Notes under the pieces: generated by a model | Told to the model about the DNA's origin: nothing | Database searches by the model: none | What the model saw: only the letters and a program-made list of their open reading frames with translations | Origin: Haliotis rubra | Lineage: Eukaryota | Reading direction: 5' to 3' | Assembly: GCF_003918875.1 (NCBI RefSeq) | Contig: NW_025767371.1 | Location: 372,001 to 436,000 of the forward strand | DNA: 64,000 nucleotides | Made by a program: the position numbers and the translations under genes | In this document: positions 11,835 to 26,329 of the stretch, one piece after another | Position numbering within the stretch: the stretch's first letter is position 1 | Layout of the letters: each line of letters begins with the position of its first letter

Positions 11835-14059
11835 TGACGTTGCAGTCCGCAATATTTGAACTAAATCACAGCAGCCCGTAGATGATCCATTCAAGACTAA
11901 ACAAACTGGTGGTTGATAGTATGACCATGGTTCATTCAAATGGAACATGACTGGTGATACATATTTATGACAAGGCAATTTGACCACTCTATTTCCTTAT
12001 TCTATTTTTGTACAAAATGTTGTTGCTTGGAAAATAGTATTCATATTTTTCATAGTATTAAGACATAACCATTAAAAATAGAAAAGGAACATTATTCAGA
12101 TATCCCATTAACTTAATATCCGAATAACTTGACCTTCAATGAATAATTAGAACACAATTCGCAAAAAGAACGAACACTTTGGTTTATTCAGAGAAGCAAA
12201 CATGGCAATAATTAACTCATTTTGTATTGCTGATAACTATGGCCATTTTCAAGATCCTGGTATACAATCCGGAAAAACTCACATATCCATCAATAACCAA
12301 CAATGTTGTTATCTGGTGGAACTGACTTTCCAAGATACCGAGTTTTAAGAACAGTTTACTGAAATGTGATATTTGCTTAATGACGGGTACACGTATTTGC
12401 ACGCGATGCTCGCCTTTGACTTAGAAAATGCATACCTAAAATAATAAAACACAAACAACAATGATATGAATATAAATGGCTAGATGGGAGTTAAAAACAG
12501 GTGTTGCAATACATTTTATGAATTCTCTGACACGGAATTTTACGTAATGCGCCTATGGCAGAGAAACATTTCCAATTGTTTTAACCCTAACAAACACGGG
12601 GACTGCAAAGAGTCGTGTCCTTTGTGGTCGTATCTTGCTGTCTTGGTCAAACTACAATCACATCAAATAAGTTAAATTATATTACCGTGTAAATAAATTA
12701 GATGAAATTTGATTGGTTGATCGTCGGTGAACATGTGAAACCGTACTCTAAAGTGTCACGGGTAGTATGGATCCGTCTTACCCAGCTCCAACGGGTACCA
12801 TGGATCACGACCGTTTGACAGTTTGCGACCTTTGACATTAAAATCCAACTCACTTGGAGAATTCAACTATATTAGTACGAAATGTTTTATTCATCATGCT
12901 GTAAAGAATATGCCATGTTTTACTATGAATGGAAAGAAATAGTACCTAAAGATATATTCTAAACGATGGTATTATTTGAACACCCCCCACCCCCACCCCC
13001 AATCTATGTCTCTTAGAACATATATATTACGCCAGCAAGACTTGTGTCCTTCGAATATCGAACAATAATGTCCGTCTGTGACAACAATGATGGCGAAACG
13101 CTGTGCGTTCAAAACCGTAACAGAAATATATAGTTAAAAAATCAAAGGGTAATTAATGTCGTTACACGGCCATTTACCAGGTAGTATGGGATTGTACGAC
13201 CCGTTTATTTCCTCGGCCAGAAGTAACTAGTAATGTACATATGTTGCATCATCATCATCGTTTATCATAGTATGTATGGTATATCACAGAAGTTTATTTC
13301 AGTATGTATGGTAATGTACAAACGAGAGTATCCCTGCATGTAGAACAGCAGATGGACGTGACTTACATCTTGATAAATGTATAATTTCAGATTTCTATAT
13401 AAACCAAAGATATGAGACCTTTCTATAATCACCAAATACGAAAATCTGTCTGATAGAATCAAGTCGGTATGTACAGAATCGTGTAGCAAATTGAATGTCA
13501 TATATTTAAACAAGCTTGCAATTTATTAATAGGACACCTGCGAGCAACAATGGCCCAGCCGTGAAGATCAGGGTCGGAATTGGTCTTCAGCAACCCATGC
13601 TTGTTGTAAGAGGCGACTAACGGGATCGGCTGGTTAGACTCGCTGATTGGTTGACACGTAACAGTATCCCGATTGCGTAGATCAAAGGTCATGGTGTCAA
13701 TCACTGGGTTTTCTGGTGCAGACTCAATTATGTACAAACTCATACAGATGGGATATTGCTGAGGGCTGCGTAAAGCAATACAGAGACGATGTGCACCCAG
13801 ATAGTCATGGAGGTCTACACAGACATACTCGGTAAGAAAATATTGGAACACACTTGGACACATGTGCTGGTATGATACACCGTAAACACCTGGACAATAG
13901 TTAGTTTGGCGAGTTGCCTAGTTTGACATTGGTCAGAACAATGAAAAGGTGCCCGTCACATTGGATGACGTCTCGTGGCTACGTCATGAGCTGCTGACGT
14001 CAACATCAACCTGTCGCACGTTGAGTGTGTGTTGTTGATGTTGCTGTTGTTGATGCTGA

Positions 14060-17000
14060 TCACCCTGGGGTAATTACTGATAATAATTCGTGAATGTCTC
14101 CCCAATCAGATAATCCTGCTGTACAAACACAAAAAAAAATCACTACAATTCGCAACATCATGTGAGTAGAATCCGCCGTCGAAGAGGACGACCTCTCATC
14201 GAAGTGTTGAGGGCCGTTGCAGTAACTCTGGTCACACAGCGTCATACACACTACAATCCCCATGTAGACGGCGCACGTGGTCTGGTTGGTTGGGCTGAGG
14301 CCTTTGAACAACTTGACGTCGGTGAAGGAGAAGATGTAGCCGTTGCTGCAGCCGCGAATAATGGTCTTCAGTTCACCTGCAAATATATCAAATCATCGAA
14401 ATATACCAGGTCATCTAAATATACGTACTTTACAACGTCAAGGTATACAATGTTTTCAAACATATACACGGCTTTAAATGATTCAACATGACTGTACAAT
14501 ATTCAAGCATCATAATGGAGGATTTATCCAACAAAACTTTGGAGAATCGAACTTGCACCTCCAGTCATAACCTCTACCTAAAGGAGGGGGCGTTGGGGTG
14601 GCATAGTGGTTCAAGCGTTCGCACGTCACGCCGAAGACCTGGGTTCGATTTCCCACATGGGTACAATGTGTGAAGCCCATTTGTGGTGTCCCCCGCCGTG
14701 ATATTGCTGGAATATTACTAAAAGCGGCGTAAAACTAAAGTCACTCACTCACTTTACCCATCAGTAGCGGTGTCATGTGGTCAGGCTCGATGTCATATCA
14801 TTGTGACTGATTGTCATGACATGCATCTGTGAGCTTATTGTCAATAACCGGATTGTCTGGTCCAGACTCAGTTTTTTACAGACCGCCGGCATACAGGACG
14901 GGGATTGCTGAGTTTGGCGTTAAACAACAAACAACCGGAAATTGTATTGTAAGTGTGTATCTTGTAGCAGCGTGTGTGTTTTGGGCCATGCTGTCGGTTC
15001 TTGAAGGTGACGTTCCAAGATAAATATGTCACACCTAACGGTTGAAGTTTGACGATGACGTTAGAAAATATTTTCACACCTAACGGTTGACGGTGGCATT
15101 ACAAGATATTGTCAGAACTGAGGGTTGACAGTTGATGATGACGTTAGAATATATTGCCTGAAAACAGACGGTGACGTTAGAATATATTGTCACACCTAAC
15201 GGTTGTCGGTGGGATTGCAATATATTATCACACCTGACGGCTGTCGGTGGCATTGCAATTTATTGTCATACCTGACGGTTGACGGTGGCATTGCAATATA
15301 TTGTCATACCTGGCGGTTGACGGTGGCATTGCAATATATTGTCACACCTGACGGTTGACGGTGGCATTGCAGTATATTGTCACAATAGATCGTAAATTTA
15401 ACGCGTCACATTTACACCTTTGTTTTCATTGTAACACTTTTCTCGGCGTCCGGCTGTATCAAATAGTTAAATCCGCTCTTGGTTGCGAATATAATAATCA
15501 GGGAGGGTACGACGATCCTTACGCTACGTAGATGTTACGTTACGATCGGTGAAAGTAACATGGATGCGTCATCAACAATGACGTAATATCCTGAAGCGCT
15601 GAGTAAATCTCCAGTAGACTGTCTGTGACGTAATACCGACACATGCGCATAACCTACCACTAGAAGCCGATGTCTCAATGACACACATTGTCTGGTTGAT
15701 CTCCAGGTCGCAGTCCTTGCTGAATTCGCCGCCGTAGTTGACCCTCGACGTCATCATCCCGTTCACATCATGCAAGCACGACGAGTTTTGGTCGGAACCG
15801 GAACACGAGTAACAGCTCAGGCCTGCTGAAAGGGAAGAATAGACTTGTGACGTAGCTGCACATTGTTGTCATATATACAGATGGAACTTAATTAAGAACC
15901 CCCCAAGTTTTTCATATCGCCATGAACCTGAGCAACCATTATCATTAGTATGTATACTGGAAATCTCAAAGGCCATTGTTTCTTGAAAGTTAACATTTTG
16001 GACTGAACAATAACAACAAAATCATGGAAATTTGCAGTATTTTAATTTACAAAATGACATGAAAACGTCAACGATGTTTTGTCTACAAAATGTATCCCTG
16101 TACAACCATGGGGCTGCAGAGTTCCAAAATGGGAGAGGTGAGTGTCTCTCAGTCTGAAAATGTTCTCTGTCATCTTCAGACAACAAATCACATGGAATAT
16201 GTTGATAGCGTGCATATCCACCTTGTGCATGGATGACTGCTTTGAGCCTCCTCCTCATGCTTGTCGTGAGTCTCCGGATTCGCTCCAGAGGCAGCTGCTG
16301 CCACTTCCAGCGCAAAGCTGCTTCCAAACATGCCAGATCTTGTACAGGCGGATCCAGTGCTTGCACTCGGCGTCCAATAATGCCGCAGGCAGGCTCCAAA
16401 GGGTTCATAGCAGGAGGTTGGATTACAGCGTTGTTGGAGAAAAATTGTCGGGCGACTGGCCAATGGGTGGTTATCAAAATGTGACACAAGAACAGGATCT
16501 AGAATGTCCCGGATGTCGTGGTCGCCTTTGAGATTTCCACGAACAGTTACCAAGTACAGTTTACAGTCATGGAGAGAGACAACCCGAGACTATGACAGAT
16601 CCACGACCGTAAGGAACTGATGCTTTGATGTTCTCAAGCTCATAGACACTGTTCTTTTTCCTTCAGACTCGCAGGCGCCCGTCTGTGACGTGCAATACAA
16701 AGTGACTCTCATCCGAACAATGCACCTTCCTCCATGACGTCAAATTCCAATGACGTCTGAGTAAACACCATTCCAAATGAGCTCTCTTGTGAAGATTGGT
16801 CAAGGCTGGACGCTTGATCAACCTTCTTGCCCTAATCCCATGCGCCTTTGCGGTTTCTTACAGTCCTATTGTACAGACGTCTCTTTAGGAGCCATGGGTG
16901 CTTCAGGACGCCATTTGTAGTGAAAGGATGACTCTCACAAGGCTTGCTAAACGCCCAATAGCCCTGCATGACATCCCGGTTTCGTGCATTCCAATAATTT

Positions 17001-20000
17001 GCCGTCTTCTTGCTTCCGGTAGTCTCCTTCGTGCCATTGTAACAGATACTGGTAAAATCATTAAAAAGTTTTGGCGTTTTATACAGTTAGCCGCATTGAG
17101 TTAATAGTGCTTTTTGAAACAATCGCGGGTAGTATGTTTCAAATGCATATTGGGATGTGTTTTGACGATTGATTTAGCAAAACCATTAATCAATATTGAA
17201 AGGAATTAATACAGTTCAAATAATAGTCATTGTTACAAATCAGGATTTATCATTAGGTAAGTCAGTAACTTAAAACATGTTAGGGGATGCTTAATTAAGA
17301 ACCATGTGTATATCTAATAAGGACAACCTTTATGGATAGATAGATAGATAATTAAAAGTTTAATAGGTGTTCGGGCAACAGGGCCCATTTACATCTTGCC
17401 CATCATACAGGTTTGCTAAGTTTCTAAACTTTTATAAAGTACACATTCTTTAATATAATCAATAATGACATTCTGTACATCATTGCGAGTGATATTCCTT
17501 GAGCACAACAGTCCAGTCAATGAGATGTCAATGTTGAGGGATGTAAGACATTCCACCATCGCCTTACGTTGGTTTACAAAAGACCACAATGCCCAAGACG
17601 AACCTCTTCTCTACGGTTTCTTCTGGATAATTTTGATTTAGTTACAAAAGGCTCGATGCCATAGAGATGGTGTCCTTTTAAGGATGAGGTCCATCTCTGT
17701 TGCCATTTAGTTTGAGTGAGTGAGTGAGAACTTAGTTTTACGCCGCACCCAGCAATATTCCAGCGGCGGTCTGTAAATAATCGAGTCATGACCAGACAAT
17801 CCAGTGATCAACAACAGGAGCATCGATCTGCCCAATTGGGAACCGATGACATGTGTCAACCAAGTCAGCGAGCCTGACCACCCGATCCCGTTAGTCGCCT
17901 CTTACGACAAGCATAGGTTACTGAAGTCTCATTCTTACCCGGATCTTCACGGGTCATTTCGTTTGAGCATGGATCTTATGAAGTTCATAATTCTGCAGGA
18001 GAGGGCAATATTGTCTCATCCTGTTCTGGTACATCAAAGTCTAATGCAGCTTTTACCAATTTATCAGCCTTTTCATTTCCAAATAGTCCAACATGAGCAG
18101 GTATGCATGAAAATTCAACATCTAAAAGATTTTTACTTAATTCATTAAAAAGGTCGAGTATAATATTGATCAAGTCTTGCCTTGCTGAGGAGGAACTTGT
18201 CCGAATTGGTTATAAAGCCCTGACAGAATCACTTTAAATGGCCGCTGATACAGGTCTCAAAAAATGAATCCAACGCAAAGCTTCAATGATTGCTGCAAGT
18301 TCAGCAGAGAATACTGATAAGAGATCAGCTAATCGTATAGAAATGTTTCTTTAATCAGTGGCTGTGAAGATACCTGGGGGTCCTTTCACGAAGCAACCTT
18401 TACTAAGGTTAACCTTAACTCCCATTCTTTAACATTGCACTGAGGTTACCTTAGTGACTTACGATCACCTTAGTGCTTTGTGAAAGGAGGCCCTGCACCA
18501 ACACGACCGGACACTGGGCACTTAGATCCATCAGTGTAAATCTGCATACCATTGATCCACTGTAAACTCCGGATATGTTCCTCGGTTAGAGCTTTAACAC
18601 GAGGTGCTGGCTCAGATTCATTTGCTTGTTCCAGGACATCAAGGCAAACTGATGGAAGTTCAAGCAACCATGGTAGCTTCTTTGGCAGAACACTAACATC
18701 ATCTATGGCAACATCACGTACATTATGAAGGAAAGCAGTTCTCTGAGAACGCATCCCATAAGGCCGCATACCGTCTTTCCAAGGATCTAGAAAATACTCG
18801 ACACAATCTCCCAATACAGCTGAAGTTTAGCATGTATCTAACTTCTAACAGTTCACGTCTGAGATCTAAAGGCATTTCACCCGATCCAAGATGTAGAGCC
18901 TCAACAGAGGTAGTTCTGAATGCTCCAAGGCATATTCGTAGGGCTTTTGACTGAACAACATCTAGTCTTGCCTTTTGTGTAGCACATGCAGCTCCATAGG
19001 CTTGACTACCGAAATCAAGTCGTGATCTAATGCGGGCACGATATAACAGGAGTAAACACTTCCTGTCTGCACCCCATTTGGTACTGGAAATACTTCTCAG
19101 AAGGTTCAGGATTTTAGTGCACGTCTGAATCAAATAGTCTATATGAGGTTTCCAGGTAAGCGTCTTATCAAACCAGAGTCCAGAAAACTTGACTTTATCC
19201 ACAAACTCCAAATGAGAACCACAAAAACCAATTTTGAATCATGAGGAATCTTCTTCCGAGTTAAAATGATTGCAGACGATTTAGAAGCAGAAATCTTAAA
19301 ACCCCAATGGACACACCAAGTCTGTACAAGATGGAGAGATTGTTGAATGCCGTTGAAGACAGTTTCCGTTTCCACAACGCTCCATCATCTGCAAACTGTG
19401 GTGTTTCAACCAGTACATTGATATTCTCAAACAGGTAATTAATCATAACATTAAATAAAGTTGGGCTGATTACACCACCTTGAGGTGTTCCATTCTCAAA
19501 CATGTATATATCCGACAGAGAAGTTCCAGTACGAACTTTTATCCAATCAAGCATGCGACCACAAACTCCACGTTTCTACAGTTATATTACCAAACCGTCC
19601 CTCAATATCATGTCATAGGTTTTTTCAATGTCCATGAACCACAGCCATTAGATATTCAGTCCTTCCTAGTGCCTTTTTAATTTCGGTTTCAAGTCGCACT
19701 AAATCTTTTTTCCGAAAGCCTGAGTGGACACCTGAAAAGAGATTGTTCTTTTCCGTGAAGTAAACCAGACGGTTATTTACCATTCTCTCCATTATTTTGC
19801 ACATGTTTTAAGTAAGAGCAATAGGCCTGTAGGATGTGGCTTGAGTAGGATCTTTACCAGGCTTTGGAATAGGAACTACAATTGCCTTTTTCCAAGAAAT
19901 GGGAAGCTTTTAAACCAAATGTGATTAAAAAGTAAAAGCACAGTTTCAAGGTTGATAATTGGCAGATGTTTGAACATAGCATAGCACAATGTATCGTCAC

Positions 20001-23000
20001 CTGGAGAGGTAATTTGTTCGTCCATAAATGGCGTTCCTTAATTCTTGTAAACTAAATAAAGAGTTGTAGTCTGCGATATGATGTGTTAGACAATTTAAGA
20101 TATTATCTGAATACTCTGATTCAAGTGACTCTTTAATGAGTCGGAAATCTGAACTAAAGTTACCTGTACTAGATACGTTTTGGAAGGACTCTGCCAGTGC
20201 ATTACTCTGGTCAATATGTGTTGTTGCTGGTGTGTCTTTACCAATAGATGGAATAGCACGTTTGGAACATGAACTACCAGAAATATGGTTTATGGATGAG
20301 CAACTCTTTATTCGGGTGATGCGACGTTTCGATACAGATTCTTATACCGTTGTCAAGCGATACAAGAATCTGTATCTAAACGTCGCATCACTCGAATAAA
20401 GAAGTTATTCATCCATAACATTTGTCCTTATCTGATTCATCAACTTCTAAATATGCCACTCAAAGAAGAAGTCATTCATCTTACATTCAAGGAACACTGT
20501 GTTCGTCACAGGAACGATAACATAAAGATAAATTAGGGGGGAAGATATCTATTAATTTAAGGTCACAAAAATGGCTTAAACCGTTTATTCGTTGTTTTAG
20601 AAAGAGTGATTCGACATACATCATTTTAGCAAATGTAGCGAGTGAGTATGTTTTAAAGCGAGTTCGTTTCAATATTCCAGTGATGTCACACCAGAGAAAA
20701 CCAGAAATGCACCTCACATATTGTTTACGCTTTGGGGAATCGAACCCAGGACTACGGTGTGTTATCGAATTATTTGAGTATGTCGATGCGGCACTGCCCT
20801 TCATCATGAATATTTGAAGAAGGGGAAGCCCAAAACAACCACCTCTCTATTGTGGATATTTGGGAAGGAAACGATGACTTTCAGACTGGATGTATTTTTA
20901 ATGAGCGGAATGAACAAAACCTTTCATTGTGTACTCGTCATTACTTACTTGCTAATGGTAAAGGGATAATGATAACTCAGTGGTAGAATATAGCGTTCGT
21001 TTGTCACGTCAAAGGCGCGAGTTTAATTCCCCCTTTAGTGGCCCTCCTGATATTGCGGGAATGTTTCTATACGCGGCGTAAAACAATACCCAGTCTGGTA
21101 GTCAGATTGTTTTAGATAGATTCTCTATCAAATACAATTGTATTCTAGGCTACGAGGCCGAAATACTGAATAAATATATATCCTATCATATCATTACGTA
21201 ACTGCCAGTTTGTTTGTTGTTTATGTACTGGTGGTCTGTAAACAATCGAGTCTCGACTAGACAATCCGGTGATTGGCATCGTGGGCAAATTGGATACAAT
21301 GACATGACAAAGCCAAGTCAGCGAACCTGACCTCTGATCCCGTTAGTCGCCTCTTGCAACATGGGTTGCTAATCCGAATCTTCATTGCCAAAGAATGCTG
21401 TACACTGGTTTAGTTGATATTATCAAAAACTCATTATTTTCAGTCTGTTTCATTTGTTGTGGTGTAGATCTCGTCAAAATCTCTTCTTACTCTTTTGAAG
21501 CCTACACGTGTGGCCTAAATGAGGACGTGGATGTTTAAGGCTGCTGTTATCAGTAGTTAAATTACACCTTGCCGTGCCAACATAATGTGCCTGAAGTGAT
21601 GCTGGTCTCGGGTGTTTGACATACGAGTAGACGAAGAAGAAGAAGCAGAAGAAGAAGACGAAGAAGAAGAAGAAGAAATTAAGTGTAGTTTACGCCTCCA
21701 ACCCAAATACAAAGTAAACCAAATATACTGTAACTTACACAGTTACATGCAATTTTACATCAGTTTGGATCTAAAATATTTTTCAATACGCTATTCTTAA
21801 GATTCCTGCATGCTTAAAGCATAAAGTGACAGGTGTGAAATCACTTCTAGGGGTCTGTCATACAGACCCTGAAACAAATATATCCAAGGAAGCCCACGCA
21901 GGTCTACTAGAATATGACAAGTCTAGATTTCCACAATTTATATGTATATATCCACAAATATATATTTTAACTATGTACGTTTTTCTGTAAAAGAGACAAT
22001 TTCTGGTTGTTTGTTTACGTACTTTATAGCTGTATACAGAATTCTAAGGTTATTAAGAGTAGAACATGTAAAGACAATGTGGATTTCATTATGTATACCT
22101 CTGTTACATAATATGTAATCTCTCTCATTTTCAGTATTCCCTATTTTTCTTCTTTCGTTGATCATTAATTCTGAGGGCTTGCTTCGACCACACCCCCGTT
22201 TTGTCCGGACATTTCGTCATCCATTTGTGTCAAGATCGTTTAGTTGAGGGTCACAATCCTGTTTCACTCAACTCGCAGAAATAACAATAAAGAATTGGAA
22301 GGTGTCATGAATGGTGATCGATAGGCCAATCATCCATGATTATGTTTTAATTGATTGCATGCGATGGTAGCATAGCGATCGGCAAAACAGGCGGGTGGGG
22401 TACACCGAAGTGTCCGGACTTGTCATGATATACGGCGAAGCATTTCGAGTCGGGGGGGTCATCTCAATTTTTTTAAATATTTTCAAAATCTTTAATCCTC
22501 GCAAAGACACGAGGTCCTGTGCATTGATCGGGGCGAGACTGGGGTTCGAACCAACCACTATCGACCCCCGGAACTGATAGTCGGAGTGTGACACTCGGAA
22601 AGACTCGGTTATCAGTCACACCCTCTCGAAGTACAGCTGTTTGTAAAGGGAGTGATGTGCTTCGTGTTTTCACAATACTTGTTAAGAAATCGTGTTGTTT
22701 TGTTGAATCTGTGAATCAGTCATAGCTTATATATACAACGACTTTTAGTGCACCTGATGACATGATGACCTGTAATCACCCCCACCCCCCATGGACATAC
22801 TTATCCCCCTCCATCCGCTTCACCATCATTGAGCAACAATGAGCACATATATCGAAAATTAGCTTGCAGTTTTACATTCACAAATAACTTTCAAAACCGT
22901 CCAGAATTCTCCATCGCTACGAAACCAGAACATGTACAGGCGTCACACACAGACATGCAACAGGAAGTTGCTCTTGTGTCCTTGTTTGACTTGAACCAAA

Positions 23001-26000
23001 ATACACATTAACGACATCTGGGTGCTAATACTACCCAGACATGCTGATTACCCGTGCTGTCGTTCATTATGGAGTCAGTGACGTCTAGAAAGATACTGTT
23101 AGCCAACATTCATCATCTTGACGAATGTGGAATTCGAACACTGGTTTTGTGTAATAATGTGATGTTTATAGGAAACGTACTATGTTATCACTGATATCGT
23201 CACGCCCCGGGTTTGATACCTCATATTGGCACAATGGGTGAAGTCCATTCTAAAGTCCTTCATTGCCATATTGAGCGATGCTAACAGTGAGTTATTTAAA
23301 TAAATAACTCACCCACTAAATACAGCTCTGACCAGCTAGAGATGTTTATAGTTTCCTTAAACGTTTCTTCAGCTGTGACGTTATGTCTGGAAAGAGTTAT
23401 TATATCGTTCAACGCAAATATTTCAAAGTGCACTGCTTTGTCTGTTCTCAGTATTCATTTAGAAAGACAAATGTATTTACTTACTTACAAACCCATGTCG
23501 ACCCTACCCACAAAAACAACACTCCACCCACGTCACCGCGATAGGTGTGAAATTAATCTCTCTTTGGATTGCAAAATCTTGGCATATATTTGGAACAAGG
23601 TCCTCATAATATCTCCCTACCTGGGAACTAAGCCACGTCTCTCCACCCCCTGGCTCGTGTTACTTGGGGGGAGGAGCAACGGTCATGTTTGATGGCATCT
23701 GTTGAGCTTGAGCATTTCGCTTCCATGTCGGCCAGTATCTGACAGGAAGTATATTCCTATAGTCGTCCACAGCTCGGTTAATGATCGACTGACAGCGGTA
23801 TCAATATTTTCATGTAGACCATGGGCCAAAGTACAAATCTTGATACAAAAAATTAAACCATGACTTGGTAAATACTGCATTGTGATTGGTTAATTAAAGT
23901 CATTCAGAGGTATATATAACACAGCATTTATCTTTTTAAAATCTTAATAACGCGGTTATGGTAGAATGGAGATTAACATAGTGTTGGAAAATCAGAGGTA
24001 TATAACGAATAATAGCTCTATTTTTTTTAATTTAAAACCTCACTCTACGCGGTCGGTTTCAAATCAGATTTAGAGCTATTATAATTTCGTTATATACCTC
24101 TGATTTTCCAACACATTATGTTTATCTCCTAAAACCCGTAGTGCATTCGCAATGTATCTTGTGGAGAGATATAAATACAAGTTCCTGCCAATCCCAACTC
24201 CCTGAGATCCCGACCCTGGTGGCATATAGATGCAAAACAAAACCCCTAAGCACCCGGTGTCTTAACACTGAAATGTTTAGTACAGGTGGAGGGAGTGTGA
24301 ATTTACGCCGCTTTGAGCAATATTGCAACAATATGGTGTGGGACACCAGAAGCTAGTACACTGTACCCGAATCCACCGATTTGGTTGCAGATCCCAAATG
24401 TAGGCGGCGCAAGGGCACAAATAAACTAACGCTTAGTCCCTGAATATATATAATTTTGATAGTAACAAAAAACCCCATTAAAATTGAAAAGGAGCCCCAG
24501 TGAGTTGGGAGATTCAGAACCCGGGGAAATCTAGACTTGCTTCATTTAGGGCTTTAGCATTGCAGGAGGACTTGGCATTAGGGAAAATAATGTGGTTCAG
24601 GGACTGTGAGACAGACTAGGGCACATCTAACATTTGTATTTGTATAGTGCCAATATCCAGCTCAGCTGAGCTGCTCAAAGGCGCTATGACACACATGTAC
24701 AGACACCCTACATGTTGATCTATCAAGGGCCCTACCATGGTGTTTCAATAACACTGTTTTGAGTTTGCACTATGCTTGGACATATGCACGCGGTGAATGG
24801 CTCTATGTGACGCTGATACTGAGAAATGTCGTCCTGGACCCCGTTTCACAAAGATCTCGTATGCCTATGATCTCGTAACTTTTCTCGTAGCATTTGTTCC
24901 TCCTATACTGTAACATAGGGGGTACGAATGCTACGAGAACAGTTACGAGATCATAGGCTTACGAGAGCTTTGTGAAACGGATCCCCGGGCTTCCTTTCAC
25001 AAAGCACTAAGGTGATCGTAAGTCACTAAGGTAACCTTAGTGCAATGTTAAAGAATGGGAGTTAAGGCTAACCTTAATAAAGGTTGCTTCGTGAAAGGAG
25101 ACCCAGGTCAATAAACCAATGCTTTCATAACCAAGGTGAGCACTTTTATCAATCACACACACACCACTAAACCATGTTAATGGACCTTCATACATGCAAC
25201 ATGGGCGGTGGGGTAGCCTTGTGGTTACAGCGTTCGCTCGTCACGCCGAAGACCCGGGTTCGATTCCCCACATGGGTACAGTGTGTGAAGCCCATTTGTG
25301 GTGTCCCCCGCCATGATATTGCTGGAATATTGCTAAAAGGGGCGTAAAACCATACTCACTCACTCTCTCATACATGTAATAAGCTTTACACCTTATCAAG
25401 AACACAATTATTCCTTTCAACACATAAACGTGATATTTAGAATAACATACCGCATTAAACAAAACTGTTCCTGTTCATAAACGGAATACGCAAAAGGCTT
25501 GACATCAGTAAATGTTGCAATGTTTTTGCTACAGTATTTCATTCATGTCGCCTAGTCAGCATCAATGCATAGAAGATTGACGGTCGTGATCTCAAAATGG
25601 TGTTCAACTAAAAAAACAACCCAATAAATCAATCAGCGACTAGTGTATGGTCAGTCTGCAGACAACGTGATGGTTCGGCACGGCAGGACAGACATGCCTT
25701 GGACAAAATACTTCTGTGTATGGATTTTTAAGAACTCCAACAATTAAAAAACATACTCTTGAAATCGTGTTAGAATGTAAGAATTTATGACTTTATCGCT
25801 GTGGAACTTTATCAATCAACAAAGATACTAAACATCGAGTTTTAGCTGATAATGATGAACCTGGAAATAATGACAAAGGTGTGTTCAGGTATGGTACATA
25901 CATGTGTACCTGGTAGGTAACGCAAACGTGAAAACATTGGTTAGTTGATGCAAGACTTACTAGTAGTTCCTAGCATACACATCAACAGCAGACAGTATCC

Positions 26001-26021
26001 TTCGTCCCTCAAACCCCACAT
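14060..26021 (-). CDS. 3-exon Ly6/uPAR (three-finger, Quiver/Sleepless-like) protein, secreted and probably membrane- or GPI-anchored (181 aa)
   Basis: Exons 26021-25961 (signal peptide MWGLRDEGYCLLLMCMLGTT, donor GTAAGT), 15825-15658 (LSCYSC...) and 14376-14060 (IIRGC...LCDQSYCNG plus hydrophobic tail). Both introns phase 1. Ten Cys in the mature domain with the Ly6 start (L-x-C-Y-x-C) and end (C-x4-C-N) motifs. Confidence 0.85.
15020..15385. repeat. Degenerate tandem repeat, about 39-bp unit
   Basis: Recurrent tattgtcacacctgacggttgacggtggcattgcaata. Confidence 0.8.
15878..17308 (-). mobile_element. Decayed Tc1-like DNA transposon
   Basis: TIRs cagatggaacttaattaagaacccc / ggggatgcttaattaagaaccatgtg flanked by TA; transposase remnants (IIGMHETGMSCRAI; MNPLEPACGIIGRRVQ...MRRRLKAVIHAQGGYARY). 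Confidence 0.85.
17335..20285 (-). mobile_element. 5'-truncated, decayed non-LTR retrotransposon of the I/Nimb group (RT + RNase H)
   Basis: Frameshifted ORF2 fragments WKKAIVVPIPKPGKD..SYRPIAL, GTPQGGVISPTLFN, QFADDG, WGADRKCLLLLYRARIRSRLDFG and RNase H IYTDGSK. (CTAT)n tail near 17335-17350. Interrupted by a family B element (17714-17954) and a MITE (18377-18493). Confidence 0.9.
21630..21678. repeat. (GAA)n microsatellite
   Basis: gaagaagaagaagcagaagaagaagacgaagaagaagaagaagaa. Confidence 0.85.
23975..24122. repeat. AT-rich palindrome (about 45-bp arms)
   Basis: gtgttggaaaatcagaggtatataacgaa...ttcgttatatacctctgattttccaacac. Confidence 0.75.
24836..25104. mobile_element. Two adjacent Harbinger-like MITEs
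   Basis: Near-perfect palindrome at about 24838-24985 (ccgtttcacaaag...ctttgtgaaacgg) next to a second element at 24987-25104 (cctttcac...gtgaaagg). The second recurs at 18377-18493 and 49306-49790 with CWG flanks. Confidence 0.7.
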
Positions 26022-26329
26022 AGCTCCCCTGGGTCCGTCAGACGTCTTCAGGGCTTAATACATTGTCCCACTGAACCACGTCCCCCGGGTTATAGAGTCT
26101 GACTCCCACCATCAGTACACAGTGACGTGATGCAGGACATAACTCGGTTGTTGAAGAGTGCCTGTTGTCTGGACTAGCATTAATACCCGACACTCCTCCT
26201 TCATCTGTGTCAGTGAGGTGGGATCTTCGCCTCCTTACAGAGGCAGGTAGGGCTCGCGATGTGTTGCCCAATTGCTTATGTTTCAAAACATCGCCCCATG
26301 TACCTGTCTTGTGTTCCCAACGTGACTGT

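Noticed and set aside
17804-18148. Recurrent short ORFs (MINSMSIDLRNW...PDHPIPLVASYDKHG) at several loci
   Set aside because: Antisense translations of family B repeat copies with inconsistent frames and lengths.
21612-21800. Poly-Glu ORF
   Set aside because: Product of a (GAA)n microsatellite with no exon context.
23620-23740. Candidate first exon for the Ly6 gene (AG...AG|GT on the minus strand)
   Set aside because: All ATG-initiated frames stop before the donor and none encodes a signal peptide; the exon at 25961-26021 fits phase and function.
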